64,000 bases of DNA from Bdellovibrionales bacterium (GCA_965199825.1 OZ241329.1:1504001-1568000); one strand, 5' to 3'. Counted from the first letter of the stretch, positions 8,427-18,848 are shown. Numbers and translations are program-made. Notes: generated by a model from the sequence alone, not told the origin.

Positions 8427-10951
8427 TAGATTGCTGACCGGAGTGCCTCGACACATGGCTCTTCGCTCATTGATTCAAGTGCCTCTTCAAGCGCTTTAGT
8501 AAGGGAGTAGGCAAGCAACAAATACTGCGGCTCTTTTAATTTTTGAAATTTTGGCTCAGGATCTGAGTTTTGCTCAATTTTTTCTATGAGATAAATTTGA
8601 TATTCTAAAATCTTTTTAAGGCTAGACTTATCGAGTATTGAAACTCCTCGCTGCAAATCACCCGCTACCTTTAGAAGTCGAACAAGTGGATGACTCGAGT
8701 CGGGCTTCAAATCAAAAAAGCTTTTTAATATTGGATTCTGCTGTACCGATTCTATCGCTTTGCTTTGAAGCGGCTCTGCAACTTGTCGAGGGGTTGAGTC
8801 CAAGGTCAATATTAATTTCCCATATAGAAAAAGTCCCACAACAGCGTGGGCATCCCAAGCTGATATGAATGAGCCCTGCACTCTAAAGCCCGATACAATT
8901 TTAAATTCTAATCCAGACATGGCTGCGACTGAGTTTTGCAAAATAAATAAAAGAAGTTGAGCAGCGGCTGTACATTGATATTGAGCAACACCTTTACTGT
9001 CTAAAAATGTTTTTAGTGATTGCAGGGGATTTGATTTAAAAAATTGAGTCTCCAGTTGAGCATCAAAACTGTATCGAGCTGTTTCTCGGACAATTTTCTC
9101 GATTTCAAAAATAGATTCTGGCTGTCTGACCTTCAACCGGTCAGATAATTTCTTAAATCCTGCGTCTTGAAGTTGAGTTATTACAAATTTTAGCCATTCA
9201 AGATCAACGGTTGGGCTAAAAAATTCCTTTACGGTCTTGGTGGGAACAAAATCAATCGAGAGAGAAGTTTGCGGCACCAATGGCTTTTTGACTGATACGT
9301 TGCCTGTCTCTGAAACTAAAATCTGATAATCCTCGCCATCTGCTGCATGAGCTTTAAAATCTAGAGGCGTAGGAATATGAAGCGAGTCGTTTTGATTGAG
9401 GTAGAATGGCAACACATGAAGCCGAGCATGGTGCGATGGTTTTAAGACTTCAAGATTGTTTTCAATTTTATCTAACGGCGGTTGACCCTCCGGCATAAAT
9501 GCTAAAAAGCGAATGGGCTGATCGCCTTGCTCAATTTGAAATAAAATTTGTTTTTTTAAATCCTGTTGCTCTGAGCGAGAAAAATTTTTGATTAAGGTCT
9601 GTCCTTGCGGATTGCCAGCCTCAACGCTCCTTTGCTGCCGCGGCTTGAACTTCGCTGGCCTCTGAATCGTTTTTCGTGAGCTTAAAATCGATGCCGCATA
9701 GGGAAGTGTTCGAGATTGAATTCTAGGTCCTTCCAATCGAGCAAAAAACTTTAGAGCTTGCTGCTGCAGCGGTAAAGTCCAATCAGGTAATTGCAGTTGA
9801 TCCATTTTAGGAGAGTAAAATGAAAGTGCATAAAATTTAAAATTATTAATAAGCAGCTGATCAACGAGTAATTCAGCGCTTTCATTAAAAAAATTTTTAT
9901 CGAGAAGCCTTGATAACTGCACATTCAAGATTTGCTGATTCATTGCTATTGAATGGTTCAAATCAAAAATCACTCGTCTCATCTGAGTGAGGACATTATA
10001 GAAAACGTCGGTTGGACTGATAAGCATTTCGAGAGAAATGATCTCTGTCGTATGAATTGAAATATCATTTCCGTTCTTGCTAAGAATGGCGCCAAGTTGC
10101 TCAATTAATTGATTGTTGGTATAAAACTTTTGCGAATCTGAGATCACCCAGTATCGATGTCCATTGGTAAAAATAGGAACATTGGATTTTACATCAATAA
10201 GAGTTTTCATTTTCATAAAGGTTTGCCGATCAAATTTTTCAGAGGGTCCAACAATGTGAAGTTGAGAGCCTTGGTAGACAACTTCTCGAAATGAAAAGGG
10301 AGTGGTCACAATTGGACTTAGAGCTAACTGAGCAACAAAATCATAGAGAGATTCGAACTCGAAATTAAATTGTTCGAAGTTTAATTTTTTCGGTGGAGCA
10401 TTTTCATAATGATTGAGACGAAAGAGTTCGTCGTAAAATTGCTTCGCATACCAACCGAAGTCGCGTTCAAATTCTGGATAAATAGAACGGTATTTTATCC
10501 TTAAGTTACTCTCGTGAAAAATGGCAGCAATCGAATCATTTTTTGACAAAGGCTTTTTCATCCAGAATTGAGTCAGTTTATCAATAGCCGCCTTTGCAGT
10601 TTGGAGATCTTCACTTTTAGCAAAAGTTTGTCTGATTACTGCACCTAAAATGCTTTGCATTTTTTGATCTAAAGCTTCTTGATGGTCGTCGGCTAAAATC
10701 CATGCCTTAAAATCATTTTCAAGATCCAGTCGCTTTTCGACATAGTATTTAAAGCGCTCATGTGTAAGGCCTGGCAATAGTGTGCCGACACTGTTTTTCC
10801 AGTATTCATAATCTTTCAGATAATCTGACTTGATAGCCACTTTCTGGCCAGAGTACCGGGGCTGAGGACCGAAGAGATCATCGAAATTAAAGTGCTGTGC
10901 GACGCTAAATTGCAGGAAAAATAAAAATAGAAACACGCGCTTTGCTACCAA
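8426..10951 (-). CDS. Large secreted protein with transglutaminase-like (Cys-His-Asp) domain
   Basis: Signal peptide; YQCTAAAQLL..VSGF..AHAVV..TLDSTP order matches a transglutaminase-like core. Confidence 0.6.
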   Translation of the reverse strand: MVAKRVFLFLFFLQFSVAQHFNFDDLFGPQPRYSGQKVAIKSDYLKDYEYWKNSVGTLLPGLTHERFKYYVEKRLDLENDFKAWILADDHQEALDQKMQSILGAVIRQTFAKSEDLQTAKAAIDKLTQFWMKKPLSKNDSIAAIFHESNLRIKYRSIYPEFERDFGWYAKQFYDELFRLNHYENAPPKKLNFEQFNFEFESLYDFVAQLALSPIVTTPFSFREVVYQGSQLHIVGPSEKFDRQTFMKMKTLIDVKSNVPIFTNGHRYWVISDSQKFYTNNQLIEQLGAILSKNGNDISIHTTEIISLEMLISPTDVFYNVLTQMRRVIFDLNHSIAMNQQILNVQLSRLLDKNFFNESAELLVDQLLINNFKFYALSFYSPKMDQLQLPDWTLPLQQQALKFFARLEGPRIQSRTLPYAASILSSRKTIQRPAKFKPRQQRSVEAGNPQGQTLIKNFSRSEQQDLKKQILFQIEQGDQPIRFLAFMPEGQPPLDKIENNLEVLKPSHHARLHVLPFYLNQNDSLHIPTPLDFKAHAADGEDYQILVSETGNVSVKKPLVPQTSLSIDFVPTKTVKEFFSPTVDLEWLKFVITQLQDAGFKKLSDRLKVRQPESIFEIEKIVRETARYSFDAQLETQFFKSNPLQSLKTFLDSKGVAQYQCTAAAQLLLFILQNSVAAMSGLEFKIVSGFRVQGSFISAWDAHAVVGLFLYGKLILTLDSTPRQVAEPLQSKAIESVQQNPILKSFFDLKPDSSHPLVRLLKVAGDLQRGVSILDKSSLKKILEYQIYLIEKIEQNSDPEPKFQKLKEPQYLLLAYSLTKALEEALESMSEEPCVEALRSAI

Positions 10952-10975
10952 ACAAAGTTTAGCCTAGCAACAAAT

Positions 10976-12052
10976 CTAAACGGTCATCCGCCAATTCCCG
11001 GGATCAGCCGCACGGCCACGTTGAATGTCTTCGAGCTTTGCTCTGAGCTTCAATGATTTTTCGAAAGGACCTGGAATTTTCAAACTCTCAGTAACCGAAT
11101 CTTCGCGGTCTTGAATCAACAACTCGCCAATCGGTTGAATCACTGCGGCAGTGCCACAGGCAAAGGCTTCAAGGATATCGCCACTGTGAACACCGTCGAT
11201 CACTTCTTTTAAAGTCAGCCGCTTTTCGACAGGCTTTAAGCCCATTGACGGTGCAAGTTCCATCAATGTCCGCCGAGTCACTCCGTTAAGAATGGCGCCG
11301 TTCATTTCTGGCGTGATCAATTTATTTTTTTTGATCACAAAAAAGTTCATGCCGCCGAGTTCATCAATCGCTTCATGGTGGAGTGCATCGAGATACAAAA
11401 CCTGATCGCAGCCTAATTTTTTTGCGATCATTTGGGGATACAGGCTCACCGCATAATTTGCTGCGGTCTTTGCTTCACCCACACCGCCAGGGCATGCGCG
11501 AACGAAGGTACGGTTGACCAAAACTTTTGCTGAGCGAACCGAGTCACTGCCAAAGTAACCTCCAACAATTGAACCCAAAACATAAAACAAATATTTATTC
11601 GAGCGGCCCACCATAATCTGATTGTCGGCCGCAATCATCATCGGTCTTAAATAAAGAGAATGATCTTTTTCATGCGGGATCGAGGCGCGTTCAAACCGCA
11701 CATATTCAGCCACACATTTTAAAAATTGCTCTTCGGTAAAAGACGCCATCGCCATTCGAGCAGCCGATTTGACAAATCGTTTTGCATGCATGTCGGGCCT
11801 AAAAATTGAGACCTCGCCATTTTCCTGTTGGTAGGCTTTAAGCCCCTCAAAAATACTTTGGCCATAATGAAGGGTGAGATTTCCAGGCGACATCAGTTCG
11901 CGATCAAAATGAGCGATGTGGGCATCCAAGACTTCGGGGTTTGCAGGATCAATTTCCATTCGCAAATAATGTGGAGCGAACAGCGTTCCGAATTTTGGAT
12001 GCGGTGGATATTTGGCTTTTGGCATCTGTGTACCGTAGTGAAACTTGATCAT
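10976..12052 (-). CDS. ilvE: Branched-chain amino acid aminotransferase
   Basis: LHYGQSIFEGLKAY, YLRP, AKTAANY, ELGGMNFF, ILNGVTR, CGTAAVI. Confidence 0.95.
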   Translation of the reverse strand: MIKFHYGTQMPKAKYPPHPKFGTLFAPHYLRMEIDPANPEVLDAHIAHFDRELMSPGNLTLHYGQSIFEGLKAYQQENGEVSIFRPDMHAKRFVKSAARMAMASFTEEQFLKCVAEYVRFERASIPHEKDHSLYLRPMMIAADNQIMVGRSNKYLFYVLGSIVGGYFGSDSVRSAKVLVNRTFVRACPGGVGEAKTAANYAVSLYPQMIAKKLGCDQVLYLDALHHEAIDELGGMNFFVIKKNKLITPEMNGAILNGVTRRTLMELAPSMGLKPVEKRLTLKEVIDGVHSGDILEAFACGTAAVIQPIGELLIQDREDSVTESLKIPGPFEKSLKLRAKLEDIQRGRAADPGNWRMTV

Positions 12053-12126
12053 TGTTAAAACCTATTGCACTTTATGCGACCACGCAATGGATTGACACTC
12101 CTCATCGTTCATGTGAAACGGCTCGC

Positions 12127-12753
12127 ATGTCGAAAGCAATTTGTCTCGGAAAAAACTATTTAGATCACGCGGCCGAAATGAAGGAAGGTGTTCCTGAAGT
12201 TCCGGTTTTGTTTATTAAACCCCTCGACTGCTGCATTTTTTCTCACGGCGAAATGATCACGGCCTGGTTGCCGCTGAATCGCGGATCGCTTCATCACGAA
12301 TGTGAGATTGTGTTGCGCATCTCAAAGGATTGCTTTCAGATTTCTGAAAGCGAAGCCGACGATGTGTTTGATGAGGTCGCCTTAGGTCTGGATATGACGC
12401 TTCGAGATCTCCAGGCAGAGCAAAAAAAGAAGGGAGCACCATGGGAAATTGCCAAGGCTTTTCCTCATTCCGGCTTGATTGGACCTTTCCAACAGAAATC
12501 CTATCTTCAAAAAGATTTTCGCCTCGAAGTTGATGGAGGAATTCGTCAGACCTCACACGCAAAAGCGATGAGATTCAATCCGGCAAAATCTCTGAGTCAC
12601 GCAAGCCAACATTTTTTGCTCAAAAAAGGAGATCTGATTTTTACCGGAACTCCAGCAGGCGTTCAGGCGGTGAATGACGGTTCTGTGGCTCAACTTTTTT
12701 GGGGTGATGAGCCGCAGTTCAAAGTAACGTGGGATTCAAAACGGGCGCTTTGA
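12127..12753 (+). CDS. Fumarylacetoacetate hydrolase family protein
   Basis: ICLGKNYLDHAAE, HHECE, LDMTLRDLQ, GDLIFTGTPAGV. Confidence 0.92.
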   Translation: MSKAICLGKNYLDHAAEMKEGVPEVPVLFIKPLDCCIFSHGEMITAWLPLNRGSLHHECEIVLRISKDCFQISESEADDVFDEVALGLDMTLRDLQAEQKKKGAPWEIAKAFPHSGLIGPFQQKSYLQKDFRLEVDGGIRQTSHAKAMRFNPAKSLSHASQHFLLKKGDLIFTGTPAGVQAVNDGSVAQLFWGDEPQFKVTWDSKRAL

Positions 12754-13383
12754 AATCGTTTTTTTGGCCAAATAAGGTTTAAACCATTCGTATTTATCTA
12801 AATTTTTTAAAGGCTTCTTTTTGGTAAAATGCAGGTAAATGCTTTCGACCTCTTTGAAAGACAGTTTAGCAAAACTCTCGATACTCGTCGCGGGCAAAAA
12901 ATTGGCAAACCGTTCGGTTTCAGAAAAATAAATTTTTGATAAAATTTTGGCTTTGAGCTCAAACTGTTTTTGGGTGAGCTTTAAAGTGAGGTCGGGATAA
13001 CAGTTGTAAGCGACACTCGACACATCTTTAAATGTTTTGTGGACCGCCATTGAGACATCCTGATGATGAGGATGCCCATATTCACCAACGATGCCATGGG
13101 TAAAAACCGATTGCGGGCGATAGCCTTTTAATCTTTCAACAAGTTTTGGGATCGACAATCGCTTGTGGTAGATGTCCAAAAAATCCCATTGCTCAAAGGA
13201 GCTGACCTTTTGGAGATTCAAAGCTTTTTCAAATTGCTTTGTTCGTTTGTGGCCTTGACCGTCGGCATTGCCGTCAGTGACGCAGATCACATGCCACGGT
13301 TTAAGGGTTTGAAGAAGGCCCGAAAAAAAAATGGTTTCATCGTCGGGATGAGCAATCACGAGTAAGTTGAAATTTGAATTCAT
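12736..13383 (-). CDS. PIG-L/LmbE family deacetylase
   Basis: AHPDDE, VTDG, GEYGHPHH. Confidence 0.88.
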   Translation of the reverse strand: MNSNFNLLVIAHPDDETIFFSGLLQTLKPWHVICVTDGNADGQGHKRTKQFEKALNLQKVSSFEQWDFLDIYHKRLSIPKLVERLKGYRPQSVFTHGIVGEYGHPHHQDVSMAVHKTFKDVSSVAYNCYPDLTLKLTQKQFELKAKILSKIYFSETERFANFLPATSIESFAKLSFKEVESIYLHFTKKKPLKNLDKYEWFKPYLAKKTISKRPF

Positions 13384-13401
13384 TCAACTCTAGTATAAGG
13401 G

Positions 13402-14007
13402 ATGAATTTAATTATCTGCAAATCGGCTGATGAAATGACCCTTAAAGCAGAGCATTGGCTTAAGACAAAGGTCTCGCAGTCGCTGTTTTGTCCAGCTGGA
13501 GAGACTCCAAAAAAACTATATCAGCGAATCAATGGCCAAGATTTTTTCAAAAAATTAAAACTTTATCAAATTGATGAAATTATTTCGGGCAGTAAACAAG
13601 GTGAGTTTAAAAAATTTTTTGAAAATCATTTGCCTGATCACCTCGACCAATTTGTTTGGATAGATCAGCCACTCGGTCAGGCTCGATTTGCACTCTTAGG
13701 TTTTGGAAAAAACGGGCATCTGGCCTTTCATGAACCACACTTGCCGCCAAGCTTTATGGGCGGCGAAGTGGAGCTCTCACAGAGCACTTGCGAAACCTTG
13801 CAGATAAAAGATAAGACTCGCGCCTTAACTTATGGAATTGGAGCTTTTTTGAAAACCGAAGCCTGCCTCCTGCTCATCACTGGAAGTGGGAAACAAAATG
13901 CTTTTCAAGATTTCTTAGCAAATAAATCAACCATTCCTGCTGTCGCCCTAAAAAAACATAACGACCTTACCGTATTGGTTTCTCAAGAGATATCCGATGC
14001 CTGTTAA
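13402..14007 (+). CDS. Glucosamine-6-phosphate deaminase-like protein (NagB/6PGL family)
   Basis: PAGETP, QIDE, LGFGKNGHLAFHEP, ALTYGIG. Confidence 0.8.
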   Translation: MNLIICKSADEMTLKAEHWLKTKVSQSLFCPAGETPKKLYQRINGQDFFKKLKLYQIDEIISGSKQGEFKKFFENHLPDHLDQFVWIDQPLGQARFALLGFGKNGHLAFHEPHLPPSFMGGEVELSQSTCETLQIKDKTRALTYGIGAFLKTEACLLLITGSGKQNAFQDFLANKSTIPAVALKKHNDLTVLVSQEISDAC

Positions 14008-14434
14008 AATCGTTTCGCCTCATGAGGTTTTGCCATTAAGAGCCAAGGTGCTTCGCCCTAATCTCAAGCCTGAGGATTGTGTTTATGATCACGATCTTTC
14101 GCCAACCACATTTCACCTCGGCTATCTTGAAGACGATAAAGTGTGTTCGATATTGACCGCCATCAGAGAGGGATCACCTCTATTTTTGGCCCAACATCAA
14201 TATCGACTACGGGGTATTGCCACAGATTCCAATTCGTTGCGGCGCGGTTATGGCTCCCAGCTGATGAAAACAGCCGAAGCAATGATCGCCGAGCAAAAAG
14301 GCGAATTAATTTGGTTTAATGCCCGTGTTGAGGCCTTCCCATTTTATCAAAAAATGGGCTACGGATTTTTAGGAGAGCTTTTCTACATTGAAGGAATTTG
14401 GCCCCATCGAGTCATGTTTAAAACGATGCTTTAA
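13997..14434 (+). CDS. GNAT acetyltransferase
   Basis: LRAKVLRP, RRGYGSQL, WFNAR..FYQKMGY. Confidence 0.88.
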   Translation: MPVKIVSPHEVLPLRAKVLRPNLKPEDCVYDHDLSPTTFHLGYLEDDKVCSILTAIREGSPLFLAQHQYRLRGIATDSNSLRRGYGSQLMKTAEAMIAEQKGELIWFNARVEAFPFYQKMGYGFLGELFYIEGIWPHRVMFKTML

Positions 14435-15049
14435 GCGGGTTCGGTGCCGAATAAAAAAGAGCAATCCCACTCCAACTAAACCCCAAATAAAATATGTTTG
14501 GTAATGCAAAAATTCGTGTAAAACATCTTGTCCATAAAGACCGATCAGAATAATTTGGGTTGGAATCGAAATCAGTGCCGCAGCACCATCGATCAAAATA
14601 AATTTATTAAATGGAACATTCATCATTCCGCAAGCAAGGTGCCCCGGAAATCTTAATCCAGGTGTAAATCGGAAAACCCCCGAAGCCCAATATCCATAGC
14701 GACGCATCCAAGCTTCGGCTCGTCTTAAAATTTTTGGTGGACAATGCTTTGCCACAAATGGACGCGCAAGAAATTTGCGACCATAACGGCGACCGAGATA
14801 ATAAATCAATCCATCCGCCAAGATCACCACTAAAAATCCGATGGCGGCTGCCATCCACACATTGACTCCGCGAGCACCCTCAAAGGGTGGTGGAAAATTG
14901 CGCGCGATATTTGCGGCCACTCCCACACCGACGATGGTGACTTCTTCAGGAATCGGCAAACCGAAACACGACAGAAACATCATGGTGCACATTGCGAGAT
15001 AAACAAGATAGGGCTGATAGGCGTAATTGGTAAAAAGATCCATTATCAT
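14369..15049 (-). CDS. DedA family membrane protein
   Basis: GLPIPEE, D..YYLGRRYG, RFTPGLR. Confidence 0.9.
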   Translation of the reverse strand: MIMDLFTNYAYQPYLVYLAMCTMMFLSCFGLPIPEEVTIVGVGVAANIARNFPPPFEGARGVNVWMAAAIGFLVVILADGLIYYLGRRYGRKFLARPFVAKHCPPKILRRAEAWMRRYGYWASGVFRFTPGLRFPGHLACGMMNVPFNKFILIDGAAALISIPTQIILIGLYGQDVLHEFLHYQTYFIWGLVGVGLLFFIRHRTRLKHRFKHDSMGPNSFNVEKLS

Positions 15050-15118
15050 GTGATCTTATTTTAGGTTTAATCTGTTTTTTTGCCCACTTAAAAAAGATGT
15101 TTAACGCCCGTCGATCGT

Positions 15119-15826
15119 CTAGGCTTTGAACTGCTCCATAAACTGTTTTTCTTTTTGGAGTTTGATTTGATTTTGGCTTACTCGTTTTTCCCATCCTTTT
15201 GCCATCGATCTAAAAGGTCGAGCTTCAAGTTGGGGTCGAGCTTGGTTAGAAAGCAAGAATTGATAGGTGTCTTCGGCCGTCATTGTTGAAGTCAGCCAAA
15301 GTCGCGCCGATTTTGAATCTAAAAATAAAGGCTCGCGATGATGTCCAATACGCAAAATAAATTCACCCGGCGTGTGAAGGATTAATGAAAATCCAAGATA
15401 AACTTCACCTGTTTGGTTGAGATGTCCTTCTTCAAAAATAGCGGCACAATACATCGGATCTTTTTTTACTGAGGTGAACTGCATCATTTGTCCGGCATGT
15501 TCGCCCAAATAAACCGGCTCGATAAAGGAATCAATCGGCACAAGGCATCGCGCTTTTTTTAACGGACCAGTCCAAGTCCTTTTGGCAAATATCGGAATAA
15601 TCTTTTTTTGTTTATCATCCCAGGAGGCCAATCGAGCATTAAAAGTGGGATACGGGGTGCCCGGTGGTTTCAGCGAAAACCCCATATCCTCGGCGCCGGT
15701 TGGGGTGATCGCCGGGCAAGATTGATAAATTCGCACGTGTTGGGAGTCAAAAAATTGCGAAGACGCAATTTCAAGCTCGTTTAAGATCTGGGCATCAACC
15801 GTTCTGGAAATAAACTCGGCACACAT
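15119..15826 (-). CDS. SRAP (YedK/HMCES-like) abasic-site protein
   Basis: Cys2 N-terminus (MCAEF), FNAR, RCLVP..F.EP, HHREP. Confidence 0.8.
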   Translation of the reverse strand: MCAEFISRTVDAQILNELEIASSQFFDSQHVRIYQSCPAITPTGAEDMGFSLKPPGTPYPTFNARLASWDDKQKKIIPIFAKRTWTGPLKKARCLVPIDSFIEPVYLGEHAGQMMQFTSVKKDPMYCAAIFEEGHLNQTGEVYLGFSLILHTPGEFILRIGHHREPLFLDSKSARLWLTSTMTAEDTYQFLLSNQARPQLEARPFRSMAKGWEKRVSQNQIKLQKEKQFMEQFKA

Positions 15827-15906
15827 AAAAAACCTTTAGCGGAGTGATCCGCTTTTTGCAATGAAGCCAGTAAGACCTTTAAATGCATCAAAACCTGGAA
15901 GTTGTT

Positions 15907-16341
15907 ATGAAAAAAAGTCTGCTCTTGTCTATGATTTTGGCAGTGACCTTCTCAGCCTCAGCCCAAACTTACGATCGTTTTCGCGAGATCTTGCCGCAGG
16001 TAGATTTGATTTTTTCGATGACAGTAAGAGAAACCCTCGGCCCCAAAGTGATCAAAGAAGAGCCCGTTCAGTTGACCGATTTTAGATTTCTCGATCACGC
16101 CTTTGCGATAGGCACAAAAACTATTTTGCTTAATGATGGACGCCATTGCGACATCATCGCCACCGCGAACATCACATTCGACAAACTAGGTAAGCCCTTC
16201 TTAGAAGACCTTGTCTTGTCGAGAGCTGACGGAAACTTCGAATTCAGGAACAGCGTCAGTTGCTTCAAAGGCGAAGAGATCGTCGATTCGAGAGATATTT
16301 TCGAAAGTTTGAAAAAGTTTTTGTACGTAGGGACCCGCTAA
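15907..16341 (+). CDS. Hypothetical secreted protein
   Basis: Signal peptide MKKSLLLSMILAVTFSASA. Confidence 0.7.
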   Translation: MKKSLLLSMILAVTFSASAQTYDRFREILPQVDLIFSMTVRETLGPKVIKEEPVQLTDFRFLDHAFAIGTKTILLNDGRHCDIIATANITFDKLGKPFLEDLVLSRADGNFEFRNSVSCFKGEEIVDSRDIFESLKKFLYVGTR

Positions 16342-16385
16342 ACGAAGCCCTTTACACTTTTTAAATTAAGTGTTTAGCGTGCGCC

Positions 16386-17339
16386 ATGAAAACACTCTTA
16401 TTCGTTACCCAAATAATTTTTATTTTTAAGACCTTTGCCGATCCTTGCACGCTCAATTTGACCCGGCCTCTTTCATTTGCCCAGTTTGCTGAGCATCATG
16501 AAATGATCATCAAAAACGTCTTTAATTTTAACTCAACCGTGTCGGTTGAGGGGAAAGTCAATATTATCTCTATCGACCGATGGTATGAGATAAAAAAGTA
16601 TTTTCCCCATCTCACCGAGTTTTCCGAAAAGATCACGGATAAGCGCGAAGGCGTCCTCGATCTCAAAACGGTTTTTGATCTCCAAAAAAACAGTGTGATT
16701 TTGCTTGCACCGCGAAGAAACCCGTTGGTCCTCCTTCTTAATGAATTTCACACACCAAATGTTATAACCCCGCCCTTTCTCAAGATTTCACTTAGAGATT
16801 TTAATGATGCGTATCTTGATTCATTAAAAGATGTGGATCAGCCCGTGATTGTCACTATTGGAAACGAAGAAAAAATTGTGGTTCGACGAATAAGCTCTGA
16901 TGAGGATGTGCCGGATGTCACGACTATTTCAAGTGTGGACCACAACACTCACAATTTGATGATCAGGATGATAAAACAAAACGAGAAGTTTTTGGTACAG
17001 CGAGGTGAGGCAAGATTTTCTATCAGGTCCATCCTTTTTGTTAGCGAAATTCCAATCCAAAGATTCGGCTTTGGAGTCTCTGCCGAAGATATCCGGGTGC
17101 ATTGGAAATCTGTGCTCAAACGTTTGGCCTATGGTCAAGATTCCCTGTTACTTACTCACAGAGATAAACCGGTTGGAAAAATTAAACTTGAAAGCTTCTC
17201 GAACATCGACCCCAGTTTCGAAGAGGTCACTTACGACTTTTTAAAAAATAATTCAAAATCCATTTTGCTCGAAGGCAAACAATCAGTTTTTGTTAAAATC
17301 TCGGACGAACAGGCTGTCGTCATTACGCCGTTAAAGTAA
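16386..17339 (+). CDS. Secreted protein with tandem Phd/YefM-like repeats
   Basis: Signal-peptide-like N-terminus; best repeat VSAEDIRVHWKSVLKRLAYGQDSLLLTHRDKPVGKI. Confidence 0.5.
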   Translation: MKTLLFVTQIIFIFKTFADPCTLNLTRPLSFAQFAEHHEMIIKNVFNFNSTVSVEGKVNIISIDRWYEIKKYFPHLTEFSEKITDKREGVLDLKTVFDLQKNSVILLAPRRNPLVLLLNEFHTPNVITPPFLKISLRDFNDAYLDSLKDVDQPVIVTIGNEEKIVVRRISSDEDVPDVTTISSVDHNTHNLMIRMIKQNEKFLVQRGEARFSIRSILFVSEIPIQRFGFGVSAEDIRVHWKSVLKRLAYGQDSLLLTHRDKPVGKIKLESFSNIDPSFEEVTYDFLKNNSKSILLEGKQSVFVKISDEQAVVITPLK

Positions 17340-17366
17340 AAAAAAGGCCCTCCAAAGGAGAGCCTT
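17338..17366 (-). terminator. Rho-independent terminator of the RRM gene
   Basis: Minus strand GGCTCTCC-TTT-GGAGGGCC followed by a T run. Confidence 0.75.
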
Positions 17367-17391
17367 AATTCTAACAAATTGTTTAAAACAA

Positions 17392-17766
17392 TTAGTCGCG
17401 GTATCCGCCGCCGCCGCCGCCGCGGTATCCACCGCCGCCGCCGCCACCACTGCGACCACCGCCGCCGCCAGAGCCGCCACGGAATCCACCACCGCCGCCG
17501 CCGCCACCTTGGCGTGGAGCTTGAGGACGCGCTTCACTTACAGTGATGTTGCGGCCTTCAAGTGGAGTTCCATTTAACTGCTCGATAGCTTGGCTTGCTT
17601 CGTCATCAGCTGCCATTTCAACAAATCCGAAGCCTTTGCTTCGGCCAGTTTCACGGTCAGTGATTACACGAGCGGACTCAACAGTTCCAAATTGCGAAAA
17701 CGCATTTTGTAATGTGTCGTCTTGAACAGAGTAGGGAAGATTTCCCACATATAACTTTTTACCCAT
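17392..17766 (-). CDS. RRM RNA-binding protein with Gly-rich tail
   Basis: RNP2 LYVGNL, RNP1 KGFGFVEM, AGGAGG RBS before ATG 17766. Confidence 0.95.
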   Translation of the reverse strand: MGKKLYVGNLPYSVQDDTLQNAFSQFGTVESARVITDRETGRSKGFGFVEMAADDEASQAIEQLNGTPLEGRNITVSEARPQAPRQGGGGGGGGFRGGSGGGGGRSGGGGGGGYRGGGGGGYRD

Positions 17767-18092
17767 AGATCCTCCTATTGGGGTTTGAAACGCCACGGAA
17801 GGAACCAGAAGCAGAAAGCACTTGGACCCACGTAGCAAAAATAAAACTTAAAATTTTAAAAAAATAAATTGAAGAAGAAAACTTAGAATTTAGGCGGCAA
17901 ATATCAAAACACTTATAATTCACACAATCACTCAAAAATTTCAAAAACAACTTCGCGCCGCTTCATAGACAGGCTGAAACTGTCGTAACCCAAGTTATAA
18001 CAGAGTGCTAGTAAAATCTCGCTTAAACTTGAGGCCTAGGTTTGCCCCCCCGAACTTTCTACGCTGTAATGCTAAAAGGGGAGAGTGGGAAA

Positions 18093-18848
18093 ATGAAATA
18101 CTTAACAATTTTGGGCTTATTTTCGCTAAGCAACGCTTACGCCTATGACACTATGATCACCGTAATCAGTTGCTACGCAAAGTACACTCGGGTGCGTATT
18201 CCGGAGCCCGAAAACGGAGTGCCACCAGAAAACGTGGATCAGCAAACTTCGGAATTTAAATGTGGTATGGTCCAAGGTCAGCGCTCGGCGGCACTTCAAC
18301 TCAACGATCATATGCGTCTTAATCTTAATTTTAAGGTCAACAGCTATAAATCATTGATGCCCACCGCGACCCTCCAGGATGCCAGTGAGACTTTGGATGC
18401 TGACCGTACGACTCGAATACCAGCAAAAGAAACCGAACCTTTACGGCAGTTGCGGGCGGTTTTCGATGCCAGTGATACTGAGCATAAAGAAGGTTGTTTG
18501 ATTAAGATTGGGACCTGTCGATACACCGATGGCAAAGTGGATTTGCATTGCCAATTTGAATATACAAAATCAGTTTACATATCACCTTGTGAAAATACGA
18601 GTACGGGTCCTCGGCCCTCAACAAATGGAGTGGCGCAAGAGAGACCTCAGTTCGATATAGATCCGGATGCTATAGTGATTGATGGACGCCCACGTATTGA
18701 GGGTGATGATCGCAGACCAGGACAAGCTCCATTTGTGAATACGCCGAGAATTCAGCAGAGATCGACACCGATGGATTCGGTGCCTGAGGAGAGTCCACCG
18801 GTGCGGCAACCCTTGGTGCCGCGACGATATACTCCCAGTACTCCTTAG
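18093..18848 (+). CDS. Hypothetical secreted Cys-containing protein with Pro-rich tail
   Basis: Signal peptide MKYLTILGLFSLSNAYA; six Cys. Confidence 0.65.
   Translation: MKYLTILGLFSLSNAYAYDTMITVISCYAKYTRVRIPEPENGVPPENVDQQTSEFKCGMVQGQRSAALQLNDHMRLNLNFKVNSYKSLMPTATLQDASETLDADRTTRIPAKETEPLRQLRAVFDASDTEHKEGCLIKIGTCRYTDGKVDLHCQFEYTKSVYISPCENTSTGPRPSTNGVAQERPQFDIDPDAIVIDGRPRIEGDDRRPGQAPFVNTPRIQQRSTPMDSVPEESPPVRQPLVPRRYTPSTP

Noticed and set aside
11498..11513. 14-nt reverse-complement match to CCGTACCTTCGTTC inside ilvE
   Set aside because: Lies in ordinary coding sequence; not distinguishable from chance, so not claimed as a target site.
17401..17506. CCG-rich microsatellite-like tract
   Set aside because: Encodes the Gly-rich tail of the RRM protein.
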